Source of the DNA: Lama glama
Lineage: Eukaryota
Length of the DNA: 64,000 nucleotides
Direction of reading: 5' to 3'
Assembly: GCA_028534125.1 (NCBI GenBank)
Contig: CM052816.1
Location: 56,794,001-56,858,000 of the forward strand
Shown: positions 50,180 to 63,616 of the stretch, in pieces
Layout of the letters: every line of letters begins with the position of its first letter
Position numbering within the stretch: position 1 is the first letter of the stretch
The notes under the pieces: model-generated
The model's database searches: none
Told to the model about the DNA's origin: nothing
The model's input: the letters and a program-made list of their open reading frames with translations, nothing else
Position numbers and translations under genes: made by a program

Positions 50180-51310
50180 CAGATCTTCTGTCAATATGAT
50201 GAGTTAAATAACCTACAAACCCTATTGCTCACAGCATCAGCTAGACTATTTAAAAATTACTGCAAATGCATCATTGAACTCTCCCAAGAAAACAAGGAAG
50301 TTCTCCACAAGTCACAAAATTAAGACTTATTGAAAAATATAGTGATGACCTTCTAAGAATCTTTGTCCTGAAGAGTTTGGCTGGTCTCAGCTCAGAAGAT
50401 TGAGTTTTAATGGCCTTTGAGGGCAATAGACAAAGTCACGGATCCACGTGTGGTTGGGAGTTAAAACAGAAACTCCTGCACAAGGCAGTACCCAGAGAGC
50501 TCCACCTTTAGTCAAACAGAAAAATATGACCATGGCAAAAGGAAAAGGCAAAGAACTTAGTCTCAGCCTAAGCCTTTGAAGAGGAAAGGGGCAAACCGTT
50601 CCCTGAAAATCTTTGACTGAAAAAGTAACACAAAAAATGGGCCCAGGCTAGTAATGCTACCTTCAGAGTTAACTCAGAATTACAGGACTCCCACAGTTAG
50701 AGTCGCAATGGTCATAGGCTCACAATTCAAAATTATAAAACACTCTACGAAGCTATGTGTCGCGAGAAAGACAGTACAAACAGCAAAATCAGACCCTTGG
50801 AGCCTCACATAGACTAATCAAATATTCTGAAATATAAGCATATTTAAATAAGATGTTGAAAAAAGTAACTGGAAACATGAGAAGGGAACAGGATACTATC
50901 CTAAAAGATGAGGCTGACTTGACAAAGAAACATTAAAACCTCAAAAATAAAAAGGTATATAATGTTTGAAACTTCACTGGACAGGTTAAATAGCAAAGAA
51001 AGAAAAATGAAGAGGTATCAATAAACTAGAATATGAATCCTATGAGGCTACCCAGAATACAGCAAAAAGCTAGAAAAGGGGAAAGATATAAAAGATGTTA
51101 AGGAATATGAAATACAGGAAGAAACAGTCCAACATACTTTTTATAGGAGTTCCAGACTGAGATAAAAGGGATATTTGAGGAGATAATTTTGGAGAATTCT
51201 TATTAATTGATAAAATTCTCAGATCTGAAAATATACTAAACTCCAACAAATCTATATGTAAATACATCACTGTGAAAGTACAGAATACAGATTTTTGAAA
51301 ACTTTGCAGA
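50180..51310 (+). mobile_element. Old L1M/HAL1-like 5' and ORF1 remnant
   Basis: cactggacaggttaaatagca...atcaataaactagaa...cccagaatacagca...gtccaacatac...ataggagttccaga. Confidence 0.55.
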
Positions 51311-51464
51311 ACCATGTCTATTGTGTGATATAAAATGATTTAATAACAGAGAATACTATATATTGCACTTTGTACGATCACAGAGAAAAAGTGCAGAGAA
51401 ATATGTAAACTATTCATGTTGGTTCTCTTACAATGAGACATTGCTGGGAGTGATGGAAAGGTCT

Positions 51465-51659
51465 CTTTTTTTTAACTTTTTTTATTAAGTTACAGTCATT
51501 TTACAATGTTGTGTCAAATTCCAGTGCAGAGCACAATTTTTCAGTTATACATGAACATACATATATTCATTGTCACATTCTTTTTCGCTGTGAGCTACCA
51601 CAAGATCTTGTATATATTTCCCTGCGCTATACAGTATAACCTTGTTTATCTATTCTGCA
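51465..51659 (-). mobile_element. Young L1 3' end (about 195 bp)
   Basis: Perfect 13-bp TSD gatggaaaggtct at 51452-51464 and 51660-51672; shares cattttacaatgttgtgtcaaattccagtg with the 8.1-8.3 kb copies. Confidence 0.92.
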
Positions 51660-53224
51660 GATGGAAAGGTCTTTTTAAAGTCTCTTATTTTACTTGTGAT
51701 ACCACAAGTAAATTAAAATTTTTTAGTTTATAACGTAACACTTTTTATATTTAAAATGATTTATTTATATTTAATAATAACTTAAGTTTTATATTTTAAA
51801 TATTTAATTTTAATCTTTTAAGTTAAAAAAAATTCAACCACAAAAGGAAAATAAATAAAAAAAGCAAAACAGCTTGGCTCTCCACTTTTTAAGCAGTGTG
51901 CTCCAAGGCCTCAGCTTCCTTATTTGTAAGAATAGGGTGACAGCTCCACTTTGCAGAGCTGTGAAGATCAAATCAGCTACTACAGGTAACCCTCCCAAAG
52001 CTGGTACTTTAGTTCCTTACTTAAAGGCAAAAATCTGCCTCCCCCTAATTTTCACCCATTCGTCCTAAACTGACCTCGGAAACTGCACAGAACTGGGGCA
52101 ATGCCTTTTCCTCACAATCTGTGATGACATCTCATCAGCACTTCCCCATCCCCTCCATCTTCTCTTCTCTAGGAGGAGAACTGCTCCTTTGATTATTTCC
52201 CTCATGTCATTGCTTCAAGAACTATTCAACACATCAGGCCCACATTGGTCCACATTTACTAAGTTGCCTACTTTATTTAAGGTAATAAAAGCCACTCAGG
52301 TTTATAACCCTGGAACGTTTCTGGTTTCTCTTCCTCCTTCACTCCCCACACTCACTCATTTACCATGCAGTAATTGTTTGGAGTCTCCCCCATCATCCCA
52401 TCTTCATTCTCATGACTATCCTGGCCCCCCATTCCCATCACTTCCCCTGACTCCCAGCAATACTTCAAGAGCCTCTTAAGTGGTCATCAACAGTATAACC
52501 ACCACCCCCAACTTCTAATTCATCTTGGATATTGATGCCAGGTTAAATGCTCAGTGTAATACTCAAAGTCATCATTTCCATTATTTCAATCCTCTGTTCA
52601 AGAACAAACATTGGCCTCTAATGCCTGTCAAATCAAATACAAGCTCCCCCACTGAGCATGCAGAGCTCCCCACAATATTGTTCATCCACACATAACCCAT
52701 CGGTCACCACTGCTCTGCATAAACCTCACACAACCTGGAGTGGTTCCCCATGGGTCTCACACCCAGGTTCCATAACCTCAGACTTCCACGAACCCCTCCC
52801 TGAATACTCTATCACTGTGGCATGGGCCACTGGGGCTTGAATCTTGGCTCAAACACCTACTAGCTCTATGACCTTGGGCTACCTCACCTGCCTCACAATA
52901 CCTGCTGTGAGCATCAAATGGAATCCAGTACGCAAAAACCCAAGAGTAGTACTGACACTTAGTAGGTGATGAATGAACTCGAGGTTCCCCTCCCCTCGGT
53001 CACATGTTTCCAGTGGCCTCCCCTGTATCTTTTATTTATTCTACAATCTAACAGTTGCATCTCAGCACTTTTTACTAGTTGTGTCATGTGGTTATCTTAT
53101 TCCCCTAACTAAATTATCCTCTTGCATCCTTTGCTGTGCTCCATACATACTAAAAAATTAGGAGACCAAGTCCAATAATTACATATTCTTTGACAGGTCT
53201 GGAGGTCAAGAGTGATTGTTTTGA

Positions 53225-53610
53225 AAACACAACATGTTCGTTCAACAATACTTGAGCCTCTGCTGGATGAAAGGATATTAGGTGCTGAGGAATTTAACAA
53301 GAGAAACAAAAATTCCAGCCCTATGGAATCTTACAGTACAATTTATAGGCAATAACTAGAACATTTTATAATAGTATATCTGAAAGTGGTATATGCTATT
53401 GAAAACATGGACCAAAGGAGGAGGAAGGAGGGGTAGGGGTGGGCAGTGGGTGCAATTTTAAGTACAGTGATCAGGAAAGGCCTCACTGAGATAGGTACAC
53501 TTGAACAAAGACTTAAAAGAAATGTAGGAGAGAGCTGTGGCAATGGCTGGGCCAAGGGTCTCAGGCAAAGGAGGAGAGCGTGGGAATTCCTAAAGCAAGG
53601 CAGGAACAAT
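53225..53610 (-). mobile_element. LINE-2 3' part
   Basis: gttcgttcaacaatacttgagc...taggtgctgagga...tgatcaggaaaggcctcactgag...ttgaacaaagactta. Confidence 0.7.
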
Positions 53611-53682
53611 GTCCATTGTGAGCGTGATCAAGGAGCAGCCAGGAGGCAGTGTGAAAAGGAGAGTAATTTTAAAAGTGAGGAT

Positions 53683-53826
53683 AGGAGCTTCTGGGCACAT
53701 GAGCTCGTGTTGGTGCTGGGAGAGTGGCACACTCAGAGAGAGCACGGAAGCTCCACACACCTTGCTTGCCCTCTGCATCTCTTCTGTCTGCCTGTTCCTA
53801 AGCTCTAGCCTTTTATAATAAACCAG
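53683..53826 (+). mobile_element. MER21-like LTR fragment
   Basis: gagcttctggg...gtgctgggagagtggcacactcagagagagcacggaagctcc...ttgccctctgcatctcttc...ttttataataaaccag. Confidence 0.65.
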
Positions 53827-54569
53827 AGATCTATTACAACCAAAGAACCACTCATGAAAACCTGTTTGGCTTACAGCAGTGTATCTTCAGCATCTTTTGG
53901 AAGATATTCATCAACCAGAGAAACTATCAAGAGCATCCTCAAAAAAATACGTATCATCTACTGAAAGAGTTTCAAGATTTAAAAGCATGATTTTTCCCCT
54001 GCTCTGGAAAAGCTGTAAAATCTGTAGGGACTGACAAAGATACTTCCAGAATGCCCTCAGTAGCAGTAGAAAAAGATGAGAGCAGCTCCATCTTTAAGAA
54101 TCTCCAAGAAACCCAACAGGAGAGTTGTACCAACTACCATAACTGTTGAGAAAATTTCCAAACCTGCTTCAACCATCAGATTTGCTAAACCAATCGAAAA
54201 AGCCTCACCACCTCCCCAAAGACATGGGAGAGCCAGAGCTGCTACACCCCTTCCCAGATTAACCTAAATACCCACGACAAAATATTTTCTTACGGACCCC
54301 TGGGTCCTCAGAGTCCTCTCAGCCTCAGTGCCCACTGGGGCAGAGAGAAAAAGTATTAAAAACTGCTTAGGTCTTCTGCCCCCTCCCAAAACTCTACCTT
54401 GAGCAGGCTCCAGCTCGACAGACAGAGGGCTGGAGCTCCCTCACAAGGACATCATATAACTATATTTAAGAGCCACTGACCAAGTCGTGCTTGTGTTTTT
54501 ATTTTACAAAACCATGTAGTAAAATCACATACATACACTAAAAAAGAAGAAGAAGAAGAAGAAGAAAAC

Positions 54570-55000
54570 AGAGAAAAATGAAGGGCCTGATCACAGTAGA
54601 CTTTAGAGGCTGTCATACGGGCTTTGGTTTCTCTGAGTACAGATTCCTTTGAGGGTTCCAAGCTGAGCAGTGATACAATTTGACATATATACTAGCAGCA
54701 TCATTCCAGCTACTGTGTTGCAGTTTGGCATAGGGACCAAGGACAGAGCAGGGGGCTGTCTGGAGGGCACTGCAACACTCCAGGTGAGAGATGATGGTGG
54801 ATAAGAACAGGGTGGTAGCAAGGGAGGCGGTGAGCAGTAGCTGGGTTCTGGACATATTCTGAAGGTAAAGTCAGTAGGATTTCCTGACAAACTGGAAGCT
54901 GGGATATGAGAGAAAAAGGATGTCTCTGAAGTCTGAAGACTGTGCTAAGGAGGAAGCTGCCATTAACAGAGAAGGGGGAGTGGGGCAGGTGGTGCAGATG
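54570..55000 (-). mobile_element. LINE-2 fragment
   Basis: ctccaggtgagagatgatggtgg...gaacagggtggtagca...ttctggacatattctgaaggtaaag...aggattt. Confidence 0.7.
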
Positions 55001-58000
55001 TGGGAAGAGAAGAGAATAAGAAGGCGAAGAGTAGAGATGGTTCCCTGCCCGCGAGGATGCAGAAATCTAAGAAGGGAACGTGAAAGCCTTTTCTTCCACC
55101 CAAGGCACAGACCAAGCTGGAAGGTCAAATGGCATCTTCCTCTTCTAACACTTGGAAAGGTATCAAAGAAATGAGATGAGTACATCCAAAGAGTGGTTTT
55201 AGACACAAAAACACGCCGCCATGTTGACCGTCTGGGTTCCAGCAACAGTCAAAATACATGCCAACAACACAAGAAAATGAAGCCACATCAAGCATTTTGT
55301 GCTAAAAATCGCCTCCAAACTCTTCCCTCTTACAGGTCCGTTCTCCAGCTAGAGTTTGGTCTATAGGGCTATTTTGCTTGGAAATCAAGATTATTTTCCA
55401 AAGGAAAATGAGTTTGGGTTTTCCAATGGTCAAGGAAGAAGACCAGACTAAGAGCAGGGCAGCCCAAGTCAGCCCTGGCTCCGCTCCACGGGCCCTGCCC
55501 TGCCTCTGCCTCATGACTTGGTTTCTCAATGTGTAAATACTGCAGCAGGGAAAAATATTTTCCACTGCCCACACACAGGGCTTTTGTGAGGATTCATGAA
55601 TTAATGTGTATGAAACACTATGAGCTACTCAAAGAAAGGGACAATGAAACTCTATTTGTAAGTTTTTGAGGTCCTGACAGAGTCATCTTAACTCTCTTCT
55701 TACAAGCTGCACTGAAAGCTAGACTAAGCTATCAGAAGTCATCCTATGTGTGCCTGAAGAGACCAAATGAGATAACGTCTGAAAGCTCTTTGTGAAGTTC
55801 ACTTCCAACGTTAAGGATTTCTAGCAGTGATCCCTCGAGATAAACATGCAATATCAAACAGGCTAAAAATCAGTACAAAGCAATGAAATGCTCCAGCCAA
55901 GCTCCCCATGGGGGCTGAATGTGTTGACCTGTGAACCACCATGAGGCCATGTTCCAAGTTGTTAGAAGCATGACAAGATCCAAGGAGAAAAATATGAACT
56001 TTCGTCTGAGAACCGTGGAATCAGGCACATCATAAGAGCCACCCACAAAAAGAGCTTTGTTGGAAGCGTTTTCCCTTATTTTCTAAATGCTGTCCAGCTC
56101 CACTCAAATGGTCATGATTAACACTGACGTGAACAGGCCACTGTACAGATTCCGCTCAAACTCCAAAGAGATGGTTTTCCCTGCCCACTGTGCTTTTACA
56201 CCAGCGTTCACACCACCTTTCACGTTGTCTCCTTCCTGGCGCGAGCTGTACCAGAGACCAGGTGAAGGCACAGCCTGGAGGTGACGTCTGTCCCCGACAC
56301 AGCGAGGATGCGCTCAGATTACTGTGAACATCGGGTTTTCTCGCACCTCACTTTTCGTTTCAGAAAAAGAAGAGCAAGTGGTGGCTAGAAAAGTGTCAAG
56401 ACCCACAGAGGGTAGGAACAACAAGCCCAAAACGACACCACGAGTAACCGGAATCTGGACCCAAGATTTTGCTGGTTCATCCCAACAATGTTCCCCCGAG
56501 CAGGCCGGCACGATCACCCCACGTGGACACCTGAGGCAGGGACAGTCTGACTCGCCCGAGGTCAGCGTGTCCTAATCCCTGAGCTGCTGTTGACTCACAG
56601 TAAATTCCAGACTTCCAGTTCTGTGTTCACTGCACACTGACACTAATCTTCCAACTGGTTTCCCTACTTTTGGCCCCAGCTCTCTCCAGTCCAGGTGGCC
56701 CACGACCAGAAGATTCAACTTCAAATGCTGCTCTGGGTGTCCAGCCCCCTCACCTACTCTAAACCTCTCCATGGCTCCCCGCTGCCCAGCGCGGAGAGGC
56801 CGCACTTCAGCACCTGCCATTCAAGGCTGCCGGGTGTGAGAGCCCCTCCCAGCGCCTCCTACAACATCCGCTTTCTTCTCTAGAGTGGACTTGGTGGAGT
56901 TCTGTTGTCTGGCACTCTCCCCTCCCTTTTCTTCTGTTAGTGGCTGCATCTCAGGGCAGTCAGGGTCATGTTTAGGCATCAAAGTCTGTTTCCATTATCA
57001 CCCGAGAACCATGGGCGGGTCCCTCTCCAGCTTATTTCCTACAACACCCCTTTACAGGCTGGTCATCCTCTGAAAGTGGCCTACCCCCTCTCACCCAAAT
57101 GTGGCACGTATTCTTCCACCCCGTGCCATCTTCCTGGGAAACACAGGGCGGAGATGCCTGATGGGGGAAGCGCAGGGCAGGGACAACAAACCCAGTCCGG
57201 GAGCTGGGCAGGCTGAGTCTTAAAGGATGAATGCAAGTGAAGTAGACTAAAGGGAAGGATGCAGGCTGGAGAGGAGACACATCCCAGCACGTGCACTGAG
57301 GACAGAGAACACCTCGATCCACGTAGGATGTAAAGTTCCCTGTTTAGAGCTGTGTGCAAGATCACAAAGGGACAAGAGCTGAGACTGGAGACGTAAGCAG
57401 AGCGCTACTTACTTAACACATCTGAGTCTCCATCCTGAAGCTTAAGGAGTGGCTTAGAAGTGTTACAAGAATAAAGCCCTAAAAGCCAGAAGGAGACCTA
57501 AATTCTACATTTTTCCTAATCAGCATTTTGAAATTCCTAATAGTTACTCTTAATATATGCACTCACCACCATAAAATACAACATAATATTAAGCCAAGAC
57601 ACCTGCTTCAGTAAAACTTATTTCAAAATAATCTAGTTCTGTATATATAGCACCAGAAAAAAAAATCAACCCCATCACATTCCTGAGCAGAGCCAGAAAG
57701 AGAGGTAATTGCAGGGTGTCCAAGTGTCAGGCAGGGGAAAGAACCAAGGCAGAGAAGAGGCACACACCTGGATTAGCGTTTCCAATCTGTCTCCAACTAC
57801 ATGTGTGACTTTGGGCAAGTTACTTAATTTAAGCTTCAATTTCCTTAAAGGTAGCTAATGATACCAGGAGCTGCAAGATTGTTAGGGCGATGAAACTGAA
57901 AGCACCTAAAGACCCGGTACACATCAGCCACGTGCTGACACCATCCCTTTCTTTCCAAGAAACAGTTTCTCCAACAAAGACCTCAGTTTCTGGAAGATAT

Positions 58001-58029
58001 GTCCCTCACACCCTGAGGCATCACGGGAA

Positions 58030-58205
58030 AACCAGTGGGCTGGGAGTGAGGAGGTGTGGGTTCCTGCATCTGCCACTGCTAACTGTGTGACCTCTTGGGA
58101 GCTCCGCTGTCCTAACTGGGAAATGGGGACAATAATCACTGCCCTCTCTGGGACATGGAAGGATTAAAGGAGATTCACAGAAACTTTTAAGGACTCCGGA
58201 TACAA
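58030..58205 (+). mobile_element. MIR SINE
   Basis: tgggttcctgcatctgccactgctaactgtgtgacct...aaatggggacaataat...gaaggattaaa. Confidence 0.65.
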
Positions 58206-59524
58206 AAAATATCATCACCAGGTATTTGTGTACTTAGAAATGACCTTCTCTGAGACGTTTCTGACACCACCTTTGAATTTCCAGTTCAACCACTTTCCTC
58301 CTGTCACTCATGAACCTACAAAGACTCTTTATTGCCTGTTACACCGCTTTCAAATTCTGTTTAACTTCAACTCTCCTTAACGTGGCCCCACCCTACCTGG
58401 CTATCGAATACCACTTCCTCCTGCTCCCCCAGATCTGCACGCTGTCCCTCTCATGGTCCACACTCATTCCCGCTCCTGCACTTGGGCTTCCACTGGCTCT
58501 CCTGCCAAAAGCACCATCCCTCACCCCCGCTATTGACCTGCGTTGATAAATCCTGAAACCCAACTCATTCCACCTGCTCCAGTACAATAGTGATTTCTCC
58601 ATCATAAAGATTCTCTCCTCGTTCTGAACTCCTTACCAGACTCTCAGTCTGATATTTTGTCAATGCCCTGATGTCTCCTTTCTGCTAGTGTTCTCCTCAG
58701 CTAGGTAATAAGCTTCTTGAGGGAAGAGATTGTGTCATTTTATGCCCACTCCCCATCCCCTGAAACTTCAAAACAGTGCAACAACGGAGGAGGAACACAC
58801 AGACAGGAAGCTCTTAAACCTCTCTGTGCACCAGAACCTCTATCCTCGGTTCATTTTCACAAACTTTCAACCAGCACCCACTCTGTGCTTGATGTCAGGG
58901 GAACCAAGGCGAGCAGGGCAAGTTCCTAGGCCTTAGAGGCTCAAGACGCACACAGGTCAAGGGCAGACCCGGGCGCTACGGAGCACAGGAAGCTGTGGCC
59001 TCTGATAGTTACAGCACCAGACTCTAATGCTGGAATTGCAGGCTGCAGCCAAGATTAATAATATAAAACTGCCTCTCCCCTTGTAGGAATCAAACCACAA
59101 AATCAGACAAAGATGCACTTAACGCATTATGAGCAAAATACTGGAAATAATCTAAAAGTCCCACATTGAGAATAGTAATATAGAGAATTTTATGCAGTTA
59201 CTGGAAATAGTAATTGTTGAAGGATAGTTAATAAGAAAAACATGGGCAATATAAAAAGTAGAAAATACAGAATGGCCCGTGTGCATACCATGTGACCCCA
59301 GTTATGTCACGGTGAAAGGGGCGGTACAGGTTTCCTGGCCACCAGCCTCCCTCTGCGAGCGCTTCACACCATGATGACAAGGATGGCCGGGGGTAGACCT
59401 CCACCAGCTTCCCCCATTAACACAGCCTAACTGAAAGTGCGTTTGGTTTCAAGACAAGCCCCCTCCTTCTAGAACAACCTCCATTCTTACCATAGAGAAA
59501 AGTTGGAGTTGCCACTTAACATAT

Positions 59525-59685
59525 GTTAGTCATTCACTCTGCACAATTATCCATAAAATGTTATTCTCATTTTATGGATGAGAAAACAGACTGAGGGCCC
59601 AAAGTCACCAGCTTAAAAAAAAATGGTAGAGCTGAGAATTAAATCCATGTATGTCGCATCCAGATCTCATTCTCTGGACCATAAC
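59525..59685 (-). mobile_element. MIR SINE
   Basis: ttattctcattttatggatgagaaaac...cccaaagtcac...atggtagagctgagaattaaatcca. Confidence 0.65.
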
Positions 59686-60984
59686 ACCAAGAGCATTTTC
59701 CACCCCCTTCATAAGCGCAGCCGAACTCAGCAGACTGTCAAAGCCCCATGTATGTGATCAGGCCAGGACTGAGGTCCTAGAAAATCCTACCCCATCCAGG
59801 CTCTCCCTGTAACCTTCCCAAATGTATCAGACCTAACTGCAGTATCTGTCTTTCAAAAACATGTTGGCCTCCCTGATTTGGAGAGTTTTGAAGTGTCTAG
59901 TAACTCCTCCATGTATTAATTATCAAGTAATCTCTACACAGACAAGCTTTTCCTTTGGATAGATCAGAAACCAAGGCGTACGGGTAATTTCAATTAGGAC
60001 ACATATCTCAGGTTATGAATGGGTCAGATTCTAACACTTGTAAGTGGGTTATTTGTAGCTACTACATGCCATGGGGATTAAATACCCAGACCAGCCCATA
60101 AGAGCCTTTTTACCTCTAATACTAACGCGTGGATATTGTCCTAAGCATCACGTTTACCCACATTTCCACAGGACAATCAGAGTTCCCATTAAGAATTCCA
60201 AAAACACACTTCCTCCTGCTACAGCCCTGGTGGTGGGATTAGACCCTTCTCCCTCCCCTGTATTGATGTAGCCATGGAAGCCAGGATGCCCCAACTCAGG
60301 TGAGAAACAGGAATTGTGCAGCAGGGCACGCTGAGGGCCCCTCATCGGTATTCTGTGTCCTCTCCCCTTTACTGCAGGGGGACCCACGGGGCTGACCCGC
60401 AGTCCCCTTCCCTGCCACCACCCACCATGTTACACCATGCACCTGGGAAATGGACTTCTGTCCCAGTTTCTCTGTTACCCTGCTCACATTCCTCCAGCAA
60501 GCGTACGTTCTCTTCTGATATTTCTGATAGAAACATACAACAGAAATAACAAGCACTGGTTACAAAGCACACATTAAATTCATTCAGAAGAGCAGGTTCA
60601 AGTATGCAATCCTCGGTCCTTGCTTTATTTTCCTAAGAGCACGCCCTAGGACAAGTAATTTCACGTCTCTGAGCTCCAGTTTCCTGGTCAATAAAACAAG
60701 AGGGCTGAGCTACCTCACACCTAGCTACAGCTCCTTAACCATAAAGAGGGTCACAATGAAAGCTCTCCCAATGCTCAAAATTACTGAGAATTTCTGATTT
60801 TTCTGGCTCTTCCTTGCTCTACCAACAAAATCATCTTGTTCTGAAAAGCCTCATGCAAACCCTCCTCAATTCCTTCAATTCTAGGTCAGGTACACCGGGG
60901 CCCCTCTCCCTTCCCAGCTCTTTAACCAACCACCACCACCAAGAACATATCAAAGAGGAAAGTGGTATTTAGGAGGTGGGACCA

Positions 60985-61720
60985 CATAATGGTTATAGCT
61001 TAGATCCAGCTATGGGAGCCAATCCAGTTTAGCAACTTATTAGCTTGTGATCCCATGCAAGTCACTTAGTCTAAGCTCTGTTTCCTCATCTATAAAATGG
61101 GGATCATAATAATGCCTATTTCATAAGACAGATGACTGGATAAAGAAATTGTAGTGTATTTATACAATGGAATGTATAAAAAAGAATAAAATACTCAGCC
61201 ATAAAAAAGAATAAAACAATGCCATTTGCAGCAACATGGATGGACCTAGAGATCGTCATTCTAAGTGAAATAAGCCAGAGAGAGAAAAAAAAATCATATG
61301 ATATCACTCATATGTGGAATCTGAAAAAAGAGAAAAAGAGGACACTAATGGAAACAGACTCACTAACATAGTAAACAACCTTACGGTTACCAGGGGAAAG
61401 GGGGTGGGAAGGTATAAGTTTGGGAGTTGGAGATTTGCAAATGTTAGCCACTATGTATAAAAATAGATTTAAAAAAATTAATTTCTTCTGTATAGCACAA
61501 GGAACTATATTCAATATCTTATAATAACCTTTAATGAAAAAGAATATGAAAATGAATATAGGTATGTATATGCGTGACTGGGACATTGTGCTGTACACCA
61601 GAGATTGACACATTATAACTGACTGTACTTCAATTAAAAAAAAAGACTGTTGCAATAAGTTGAGTAACACACACAAAGCCCTTAGAAGCTTGGCACATTC
61701 ACACACTATAAAGCCATTAT
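60985..61720 (+). mobile_element. MIR SINE split by an L1 insertion
   Basis: 5' half ...caagtcacttagt...tgtttcctcatctataaaatggggatcataataatgcctatttcataagac; 3' half aagactgttg...aaagcccttagaa...tggcacat. Confidence 0.75.
61128..61644 (+). mobile_element. 5'-truncated LINE-1 3' end
   Basis: acagatgactggataaagaa...tacaatggaat...ggacctagagatcgtcattctaagtgaa...gactgtacttcaattaaaaa; short aagac repeat at both ends. Confidence 0.92.
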
Positions 61721-62929
61721 TGTGTTGGTGGTGGTGGTGGCAATTATTACTGCTACAAATATTATTTTCCTGAAGGATGTACAACTTGACTGAAATGAGA
61801 TTCTCCCCCAAAAGAATGACTAACCTATAAAACTCAACCCAAGAGCCACTCCTGAGATGGGGAGGAGAAGCTTCTGTTTTCAGGGGGCGTGGAAAGATGG
61901 AGTGAGGGGTGCAGGGAGCTGTCGATGAGAAGCAGGAGGGAGAGACGCAGTCCTGTGCATTTACCCTTCCTCCCGCGGTGCTCCTATCTCCAGGGAGAAG
62001 GGCCCTGACATCAAGGGCTAGCCCAGGAAAGGTGCTCCTGCAGCCACCTGACTGAGGGATCAGAGGCAGGCCTGAGAAGGACGAGAACAGCCTGTCACAT
62101 CTAGAATTGAACCTGTTTAGGAAACATTCAGTCCTCTGCTTCATTTAATAAGATGCTGCATTCATGTTTCATTTAAAATTCTAGGAATCACTGATAAGTA
62201 AGTTGCACTGACTTGTTGACTTCTGGTAACACCAACTTGTTTACTTCACATGTAAAATGTTATCCTCTGCCTCTGTCTTCTAGCAATAGATATTTTAATA
62301 GAATTTCCTGGAAATGGTATATTTCTCTGAAGACTGAACAGGAACTCTCAATATAAGGGGTCCCATGCAAACAGCCCCCTCCGGTTAACAGTGCTGAGGC
62401 ACACTCAACCAAAGCACAAGGCACCATTTCAGGGAAAATATGAGTTTTCTGGACACTGGACATATTTTCTAAAGCATTATTTCTAAAGCATAAGCCAGAG
62501 AACCTGCCATTATATCAGCATGTGCATGTCAACCTAAAGCATCTCTGGATGTGAGTTCACGGCAAATTTATCAAATAAAATCAAGGTAAACGCACTCCTC
62601 TGAGGACAGTGTGACTTTCAGTGCACAAGATAGAGGATTATCTATATCAATGAAGATAATCATAAGTGTTTGCCTAGTAATGAAGGCAGCTGAAGAATTT
62701 AATGAAATCCCCAATCACCTTATTCATTCACTTAACTAACATTTATCAGGTAATTAAAGTGTGCCAAACACTAAGATCTACGGAAAAGATGACAACCTTT
62801 GTCCCTAAAATGCTCAATCCAATGAGAATGACAGCCTAGAACAGATCATATACAAAATGTGTCACAGGCAATAGGATCCAAGCAGTAGGATCAAATCAGG
62901 ATGAGGGAGCAGACACTGGTAGGAAGAAA

Positions 62930-63616
62930 GCTGACAGACTACAGTTGACCCCAGATATCCATTCTCTCCTTCATTTTAGTGGCAGGATCCTTCCATTTTA
63001 GCTGCGCACATGGCCAACCAGCTAAAGCCGCATGGCCCAATATGGTAGCCACTACTGCACATGGCATTAAACACTTGAAATGTGGCTAATCCTACATGTT
63101 GAAATAATATTTTAGATATATTGGGTTAAATACACTGGGTTAACTTCACCTGCTTTCTTTTTACTTGTCAATATGGTAGATGAGAAAATTTCAAGTTACA
63201 TTTGTAGCTCACATTATTTTAGACAGCGCTGAGCTAAGGACTCTATTACCCAGCATCCCCTGAGGTTAGGGGTGGGCACACGATGAAGCTGTGGCTAGCA
63301 AGATGTGAACAGGAGTACTGTCCACAGGGTCTGAGGCGGGTTCTTCAGAGGAAGGAGTGTGTGGCCTCCACACCCTCTTTCCCTGTTCTTACTGGTTGGA
63401 TGCAGGTGTATGAAGGTAAGCCAGCTGCACCCATGCCAATGAGGACAATGCCTGCGGACAGTGAGGACAGGGGAGCAACAAGAAAGAGGAACATGTTCCC
63501 TGGATCACTTCACAGAGTGAGCCAACCCTACTCTCCAGTTAGACTTTTACTTAAGAGAAATCCTTGTCTTGTTTATGTCCCTTTAAAATCACCCCAGCTA
63601 TATCCTAGCTAACACA
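62930..63616 (+). mobile_element. ERVL solo LTR (LTR33-like) interrupted by a hAT element
   Basis: atatccattctctccttc...ccagctaaag | gactctattacccagcatcccctgaggttaggggtgggc...agatgtgaacagga...tcctagctaacaca. Confidence 0.7.
63028..63231. mobile_element. MER3/MER33-like hAT-Charlie MITE
   Basis: caatatggtagccact...acacttgaaatgtggct...ttttagatatattgggttaaata...gacagcgctg; 8-bp TSD agctaaag / agctaagg. Confidence 0.8.

Noticed and set aside
61308..62144. Longest ORF in the track (278 aa, minus strand)
   Set aside because: It runs through the antisense of an L1 3' UTR and a MIR half, has no recognisable domain and lies in an ARHGEF28 intron; most likely a chance ORF.
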